Source of the DNA: Eledone cirrhosa
Taxonomy: Eukaryota
DNA length: 64,000 nucleotides
Assembly: GCA_964016885.1 (NCBI GenBank)
Contig: OZ024744.1
Location: forward strand, 124,186,001-124,250,000
Direction: 5' to 3'
Part shown: one piece after another, positions 56,001-64,000 of the stretch
Numbering within the stretch: the first letter of the stretch is position 1
Layout: each line of letters begins with the position of its first letter
Notes under the pieces: generated by a model
Told to the model about the DNA's origin: nothing
What the model saw: the letters and a program-made list of their open reading frames with translations, nothing else
Database searches by the model: none
Translations under genes and position numbers: made by a program

Positions 56001-57840
56001 GTAATAACTTGTCCAACCCATGTATGTAGGACAATAGTCTGTAATAACTTGTCCAACCCATGTATGTAGGACAATAGTCTGTAATAACTTGCCCAACCCA
56101 TGACAGGTAGGACAATAGTCTGTAATAACTTGTCCAACCCATGACAGGTAGGACAATAGACGGTAATAACTTGTCCAACCCATGACAAGTATGACAATAG
56201 TCTGTAATAACTTGTCCAACCCATGACAGGTAGAACAATAGTCTGTAATAACTTGTCCAACCCATGACAGGTAGGACAATAGTCTGTAATAACTTGTCCA
56301 ACCCATGACAGCTAGGACAATCGTCTGTAATAACTTGTCCAACCCATGTATGTAGGACAATAGTCTGTAATAACTTGTCCAACCCATGTATGTAGGACAA
56401 TAGTCTGTAATAACTTGTCCAACCCATGTATGTAGGACAATAGTCTGTAATAACTTGTCCAACCCATGTATGTACCACAATAGTGTGTAATAACTTGTCC
56501 ATCCCATGACAGGTAGGACAATAGTCTGTAATAACTTGTCCAACCCATGTATGTAGGACAATAGTCTGTAATACCTCGTCCAACCCATGACAGGTAGGAC
56601 AATAATCTGTAATAACTTGTCCAACCCATGACAGGTAGGACAATAGTCTGTAATAACTTGGCCAACCCATGACAGGTAGGACAATAGTCTGTAATAACTT
56701 GTCCAACTCATGACAGGTAGGACAATAGTCTGTAATAACTCGTCCAACCCATGTATGTAGGACAATAGTCTGTAATAACTTGTCCAACCCATGACAGGTA
56801 AGACAATATTCTGTAATAACTTGTCCAACCCATGTATGTAAGACAATAGTCTGTAATAACTTGTCCAACCCAATTCAGGTAGGACAATAGTCTAATAACT
56901 TGTCCAACTCATGACAGGTAGGACAATAGTCTGTAATAACTTGTCCAACCCATGCATTTAGGACAATAGTCTGTAATAACTTGTCCAAGCCATGACAGGT
57001 AGGACAATAGTCTGTAATAACTTGTGCAACCCATGACAGGTAGGACAATAGTCTGTAATACCATGTCCAACCAATGACAGGTAGGACAATAGTCTGTAAT
57101 AACTTGTCCAACCCATGTATGTAGGACAATACTCTGTAATAACTTGCCCAACCCATGTATGTAGGACAATAGTCTGTAATAACTTGTCCAACCCATGACA
57201 GGTAGGACAATAGTCTGTAATAACTTGTCCATCCCATGACAGGTAGGACAATAGTCTGTAATAACTTGTCCAACCCATGACCGCTAGGACAATAGTCTGT
57301 AATAACTTGTCCAACCCATGACAGTTAGGACAATAGTCTGTAATAACTTGTCCAACCCATGACATGTAGGACAATAGTCTGTAATAACTTGTCCAACCCA
57401 TGACAGGTAGGACAATAGTCTGTAATAACTTGTCGAACCCATGTATGTAGGACAATAGTCTGTAATAAATTGTCCAACCCATGACAGGTAGGACAATAGT
57501 CTGTAATAACTTGTCCAACCCATGACAGGTAGGACAATAATCTGTAATAACTTGTCTAACCCATGTATGTAGGACAATAGTCTGTAATAACTTGTCCAAC
57601 CCATGCATGTAGGACAATAGTCTGTAATAACTTGTCCAACCCATGTATGTAGGACAATAGTCCGTAATAACTTGTCCAACCCATGACAGGTAGGACAATA
57701 GTCTGTAATAACTTGTCCCTCCCATGACAGGTAGGACAATAGTCTGTAATAACTTGTCCAACCCATGACAGCTAGGACAATAGTCTGTAATAACTTGTCC
57801 AACCCATGACAGGTAGGACAATAGTCTGTAATAACTTGTA
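51090..57840. repeat. Duplication with an about 3.49-kb period (offsets 3452-3493) spanning the sub-family II/I junction
   Basis: Private variants ATAGACGG (about 52665/56158) and GACCGCTAGG (about 53786/57279). CAATTCAGG at 53378/56871. ORF pairs 53382/56875 and 53832/57325 are offset by 3493. Confidence 0.88.
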
Positions 57841-60358
57841 CAACCCATGACATGTAGGACAATAGTCAGTAATAACTTGTCCAACCCATGACAGGTAGGA
57901 CAATAGTCTGTAATAACTTGTCCAACCCATGTATGTAGGACAATAGTCTGTAATAAATTGTCCAACCCATGACAGGTAGGACAATAGTCTGTAATAACTT
58001 GTCCAACCCATGACAGGTAGGACAATAATCTGTAATAACTTGTCTAACCCATGACAGGTAGGACAATAGTCTGTAATAACTTGTCCAACCCATGACAGGT
58101 AGGACAATAGTCTGTAATAACTTGTCCAACCCATGTATGTAGGACAATAGTCTGTAATAACTTGTCCAAGCCATGACAGGTAAGACAATACCCTGTAATA
58201 ACTTGTCGAACCCATGACAGGTAGGACAATAGTCTGTAATAACTTGTCCAACCCAATTCAGGTAGGACAATAGTCTAATAACTTGTCCAACTCATGACAG
58301 GTAGGACAATAGTCTGTAATAACTTGTCCAACCCATGTATTTAGGACAATAGTCTGTAATAACTTGTCCAAGCCATGACAGGTAGGACAATAGTCTGTAA
58401 TAACTTGTCCAACCCATGACAGGTAGGACAATAGTCTGTAATACCTTGTCCAACCAATGACAGGTAGGACAATAGTCTGTAACAACTTGTCCAACCCATG
58501 TATGTAGGACAATACTCTGTAATAACTTGCCCAACCCATGTATGTAGGACAATAGTCTGTAATAACTTGTCCAACCCATGACAGGTAGGACAATAGTCTG
58601 TAATAACTTGTCCATCCCATGACAGGTAGGACAATAGTCTGTAATAACTTGTCCAACCCATGACAGCTAGGACAATAGTCTGTAATAACGTGTCCAACCC
58701 ATGACAGGTAGGACAATAGTCTGTAATAACTTGTCCAACCCATGACATGTAGGACAATAGTCTGTAATAACTTGTCCAACCCATGACAGGTAGGACAATA
58801 ATCTGTAATAACTTATCGAACCCATGTATGTAGGACAATAGTCTGTAATAAATTGTCCAACCCATGACAGGTAGGACAATAGTCTGTAATAACTTGTCCA
58901 ACCCATGACAGGTAGGACAATAATCTGTAATAACTTGTCTAACCCATGTATGTAGGACAATAGTCTGTAATAACTTGTCCAACCCATGCATGTAGGACAA
59001 TAGTCTGTAATAACTTGTCCAACCCATGTATGTAGGACAATAGTCCGTAATAACTTGTCCAACCCATGACAGGTAGGACAATAGTCTGTAATAACTTGTC
59101 CCTCCCATGACAGGTAGGACAATAGTCTGTAATAACTTGTCCAACCCATGGCAGCTAGGACAATAGTCTGTAATAACTTGTCCAACCCATGACAGGTAGG
59201 ACAATAGTCTGTAATAACTTGTACAACCCATGACATGTAGGACAATAGTCAGTAATAACTTGTCCAACCCATGACAGGTAGGACAATAGTCTGTAATAAC
59301 TTGTCCAACCCATGTATGTAGGACAATAGTCTGTAATAAATTGTCCAACCCATGACAGGTAGGACAATAGTCTGTAATAACTTGTCCAACCCATGACAGG
59401 TAGGACAATAATCTGTAATAACTTGTCTAACCCATGACAGGTAGGACAATAGTCTGTAATAACTTGTCCAACCCATGACAGGTAGGACAATAGTCTGTAA
59501 TAACTTGTCCAACCCATGTATGTAGGACAATAGTCTGTAATAACTTGTCCAAGCCATGACAGGTAAGACAATACCCTGTAATAACTTGTCGAACCCATGA
59601 CAGGTAGGACAATAGTCTGTAATAACTTGTCCAACCCAATTCAGGTAGGACAATAGTCTAATAACTTGTCCAACTCATGACAGGTAGGACAATAGTCTGT
59701 AATAACTTGTCCAACCCATGTATTTAGGACAATAGTCTGTAATAACTTGTCCAAGCCATGACAGGTAGGACAATAGTCTGTAATAACTTGTCCAACCCAT
59801 GACAGGTAGGACAATAGTCTGTAATACCTTGTCCAACCAATGACAGGTAGGACAATAGTCTGTAACAACTTGTCCAACCCATGTATGTAGGACAATACTC
59901 TGTAATAACTTGCCCAACCCATGTATGTAGGACAATAGTCTGTAATAACTTGTCCAACCCATGACAGGTAGGACAATAGTCTGTAATAACTTGTCCATCC
60001 CATGACAGGTAGGACAATAGTCTGTAATAACTTGTCCAACCCATGACAGCTAGGACAATAGTCTGTAATAACGTGTCCAACCCATGACAGGTAGGACAAT
60101 AGTCTGTAATAACTTGTCCAACCCATGACATGTAGGACAATAGTCTGTAATAACTTGTCCAACCCATGACAGGTAGGACAATAATCTGTAATAACTTATC
60201 GAACCCATGTATGTAGGACAATAGTCTGTAATAAATTGTCCAACCCATGACAGGTAGGACAATAGTCTGTAATAACTTGTCCAACCCATGACAGGTAGGA
60301 CAATAATCTGTAATAACTTGTCTAACCCATGTATGTAGGACAATAGTCTGTAATAACT
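57435..60358. repeat. Tandem duplication with a 1383-bp period (two copies plus a partial third)
   Basis: CAATTCAGG at 58254/59637. Private variants AATACCCTG and AACGTGTCC occur in both copies. ORF pairs 57772/59155 and 58258/59641 are offset by 1383. Confidence 0.92.
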
Positions 60359-63300
60359 TCTCCAACCCATGCATGTAGGACAATAGTCTGTAATAACTTG
60401 TCCAACCCATGTATGTAGGACAATAGTCTGTAATAACTTGTCCAACCCATGACAGGTAGGACAATAGTCTGTAATAACTTGTCCATCCCATGACAGGTAG
60501 GACAATAGTCTGTAATAACTTGTCCAACCCATGACAGCTAGGACAATAGTCTGTAATAACTTGTCCAACTCATGACAGGTAGGACAATAGTCTGTAATAA
60601 CTTGTCCAACCCATGACAGGTAGGACAATAGTCTGTAATAACTTGTCCAACCCATGACATGTAGGACAATAGTCAGTAATAACTTGTCCAACCCATGACA
60701 GGTAGGACAATAGTCTGTAATAACTTGTGGAACCCATGTATGTAGGACAATAGTCTGTAATAAATTGTCCAACCCATGACAGGTAGGACAATAGTCTGTA
60801 ATAACTTGTACAACCCATGACAGGTAGGACAATAATCTGTAATAACTTGTCTAACCCATGACAGGTTGGACAATAGTCTGTAATAACTTGTCCAACCCAT
60901 GTATGTAGGACAATAGTCTGTAATAACTTGTCCAACCCATGAAAGGTAGGTCAATAGTCTGTAATAACTTGTCCAACCCATGTATGTAGAACAATAGTCT
61001 GTAATAATTTGTCCAACCCATGACATGTAGGACAATAGTCTGTAATAACTTGTCCAACCCATGACAGGTAGGACAATAGTCTGTAATACCTTGTCCAACC
61101 AATGACAGGTAGGAGAATAGTCTGTAATAACTTGTCCAACCCATAACAGGTAGGACAATAGTCTGTAATACCATGTCCAACCAATGACAGGTAGGACAAT
61201 AGTCTGTAATAACTTGTCCAACCCATGTATGTAGGACAATAGTCTGTAATAACTTGTCCAACCCATGAAAGGTAGGGCAATAGTCTGTAATAACTTGTCG
61301 AACCCATGTATGCAGGACAATAGTCTGTAATAACTTGTCCAACCCATGACAGGTAGGACAATAGTCTGTAATAACTTGTCCAACCCATGCATGTAGGTCA
61401 ATAGTCTGTAATAACTTGTCCAACCCATGTATGTAGGACAGTAGTCTGTAATAACTTGTCCAACCCATGACAGGTAGGACAATAGTCTGTAATAACTTGT
61501 CCATCCCATGACAGGTAGGACAATAGTCTGTAATAACTTGTCCAACCCATGACAGCTAGGACAATAGTCTGTAATAACTTGTCCAACCCATGACAGGTAG
61601 GACAATAGTCTGTAATAACTTGTCCAACCCATGACATGTAGGACAATAGTCTGTAATAACTTGTCCAACCCATGACAGGTAGGACAATCGTCTGTAATAA
61701 CTTGTCCAACCCATGTATGTAGGACAATAGTCTGTAATAACTTGTCCAACCCATGACAGGTAGGACAATAGTCTGTAATAACTTGTCTAACCCATGTATG
61801 TAGGACAATAGTCTGTAATAACTTGTCCAACCCATGTATGTAGGACAATAGTCTGTAATAACTTGTCCAACCCATGACAGGTAGGACAATAGTCTGTAAT
61901 ACCTTGTCCAACCAATGACAGGTAGGAGAATAGTCTGTAATAACTTGTCCAACCCATAACAGGTAGGACAATAGTCTGTAATACCTTGTCCAACCAATGA
62001 CAGGTAGGACAATAGTCTGTAATAACTTGTCCAACCCATGTATGTAGGACAATAGTCTGTAATAACTTGTCCAACCCATGTATTTAGGACAATAGTCTGT
62101 AATAACTTGTCCAAACCATGACAGGTAGGACAATAGTCTGTAATAACTTGTCCAACCCATGACAGGTAGGACAATAGTCTGTAATAACTTGTCCAACCCA
62201 TGTATGTAGGACAATAGTGTGTAATAACTTGTCCAACCCATGACAGGTAGGACAATAGTCTGTAATAACTTGTCCAACCCATGACAGGTAGGACGATAGT
62301 CTGTAATAACTTGTCCAACCCATGTATGTAGGTCAATAGCCTGTAATAACTTGTCCAATCCATGACAGGTAGGACAATAGTCTGTAATAACTTGTCCAAC
62401 CCATGACAAGTACGACAATAGTCTGTAATAACTTGTCCAACCCATGTATGTAGGACAATAGTCTGTAATAACTTGTCCAACCCATGACAGGTAGGACAAT
62501 AGTCTGTAATAACTTGTCCAACCCATTTATGTAGGACAATAGTCTGTAATAACTTGTCCAACCGATGACAGGTAGGACAATAGTCTGTAATAACTTGTCC
62601 AACCCATGACAGGTAGGACAATAGTCTGTAATAACTTGTCCAACCCATGTATGTACGACAATAGTCTGTAATAACTTGCCTAACCCATGTATGTAGGACA
62701 ATAGTCTGTAATAACTTATCCAACCCATGTATGTAGGACAATAGTCTATAATAACTTGTTCAACCCATGTATGTAGGACAATAGTCTGTAATAACTTGTC
62801 CAACCCATGACAAGTAGGACAATACTCTGTAATACCTCGTCCAACCCATGACAGGTAGGACAATAGTCTGTAATACCTCGTGTAACCCATGACAGGTAGG
62901 GCAATAGTCTGTAATAACTTGTCCAACCCATGTATGTAGGACAATAGTCTGTAATAACTTGTCCAACCCATGACAGGTAGGACAATAGTCTGTAATAACT
63001 TGTCCAACCCATGTATGCAGGACAATAGTCTGTAATAACTTATCCAACCCATGACAGGTAGGACAATAGTCTGTAATAACTTGTCCAACCCATGAGAGGT
63101 AGGGCAATAGTCTGTAATAACTTGTCGAACCCATGTATGCAGGACAATAGTCTGTAATAACTTGTCCAACCCATGACAGGTAGGACAATAGTCTGTAATA
63201 ACTTGTCCAACCCATTCATGTAGGACAATAGTCTGTAATAACTTGTCCAACCCATGTATGTAGGACAGTAGTCTGTAATAACTTGTCCAACCCATGACAG

Positions 63301-64000
63301 GTAGGACAATAGTCTGTAATAACTTGTCCATCCCATGACAGGTAGGACAATAGTCTGTAATAACTTGTCCAACCCATGACAGCTAGGACAATAGTCTGTA
63401 ATAACTTGTCCAACCCATGACAGGTAGGACAATAGTCTGTAATAACTTGTCCAACCCATGACATGTAGGACAATACTCTGTAATAACTTATCCAACCCAT
63501 GACAGGTAGGACAATAGTCTGTAATAACTTGTCCAACCCATGTATGTAGGACAATTGTCTGTAATAACTTATCCAACCCATGACAGGTAGGACAATAGTC
63601 TGTAATAACTTGTCCAACCCATGACAGGTAAGACAATAGTCTGTAATAACTTGTCCAACCCATGCCAGGTAGGACAATAGTCTGTAATAACTTGTCCAAC
63701 CCATGACAGCTAGGACAATAGTCTTTAATAACTTGTCCAACCCATGACAGGTAGGGCAATAGTCTGTAATAACTTGTCCAACCCATGACAGGTAGGACAA
63801 TAGTCTGTAATAACTTGTCCAACCCATGTATGTAGGACAATAGTCTGTAATAACTTGTCCAACCCATGACAGGTAGGACAATAGTCTGTAATAACTTGTC
63901 TAACCCATGTATGTAGGACAATAGTCTGTAATAATTTGTCCAACCCATGTATGTAGGACAATAGTCTGTAATAACTTGTCCAACCCATGTATGTCGGACA

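Larger units (their letters stand above)
1..64000. repeat. Tandem satellite array of 40/41-bp monomers: core TAGGACAATAGTCTGTAATAACTTGTCCAACCCATG + ACAGG (41 bp) or TATG (40 bp); truncated by both window edges
   Basis: The unit is directly visible on every line from position 1 to 64000. No intervening unique sequence or inverted monomer was seen. Most monomers differ from consensus by 0-3 substitutions. Confidence 0.99.

Noticed and set aside
51-63988. All minus-strand ORFs (60-1247 aa) as protein-coding genes
   Set aside because: They overlap in all three frames, consist only of translated satellite, have a unit length not divisible by 3, show no recognisable domain, and start and stop at random repeat variants.
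1-64000. CRISPR array (36-bp constant, partly palindromic repeat with a variable part)
   Set aside because: The variable part is only 4-5 nt with a handful of recurring states rather than unique 25-45-nt spacers. There is no leader or cas gene, and variation is spread through the core.
1-64000. Telomerase-type telomeric repeat
   Set aside because: The unit is long, lacks G-strand bias, and shows inherited variants in kb-scale duplications, which is inconsistent with templated de novo addition.
1-64000. Rolling-circle or sequencing concatemer of one small template
   Set aside because: Variants are heritable and hierarchically nested at many different periods rather than random errors or a single period. 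Local misassembly is still possible.
1-64000. Embedded transposon, RNA gene, unique island or inversion
   Set aside because: None was seen on reading through. All monomers are co-oriented and the ORF track shows no plus-strand or non-repeat peptide.
1-64000. A/B monomer order as a functional information code (programmed recording or diversity-generating system)
   Set aside because: The order is explained by block duplications and monomer gain or loss. No associated enzyme genes or polarity of addition are visible in the window.

Overview
The whole 64 kb window is one uninterrupted, head-to-tail tandem array (satellite/minisatellite-type DNA, about 40% GC) of roughly 1,570-1,580 monomers, estimated as 64000/40.6. 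All monomers lie in the same orientation and the array runs off both ends. Each monomer has a near-constant 36-bp core, TAGGACAATAGTCTGTAATAACTTGTCCAACCCATG, plus a short variable tail. The main tails are ACAGG (41-bp type A) and TATG (40-bp type B); minor tails are ACATG, ACAGC, ACAGT and CATG. I found no unique sequence, credible gene, RNA gene, transposon or CRISPR spacer. The long minus-strand ORFs arise because the consensus has no stop codon in any minus-strand frame. The informative structure is (i) an imperfect inverted repeat in every monomer, (ii) an aperiodic A/B monomer order with linked variants, and (iii) nested higher-order duplications of 0.2-7.2 kb, always in whole-monomer steps, forming two variant-defined sub-families with a 22-kb internal expansion. 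The source organism cannot be determined from this window, though such arrays are typical of eukaryotic satellite DNA. Block boundaries were read by eye and from ORF-track offsets and are accurate to about one or two monomers. I do not see evidence for a novel gene-based system.
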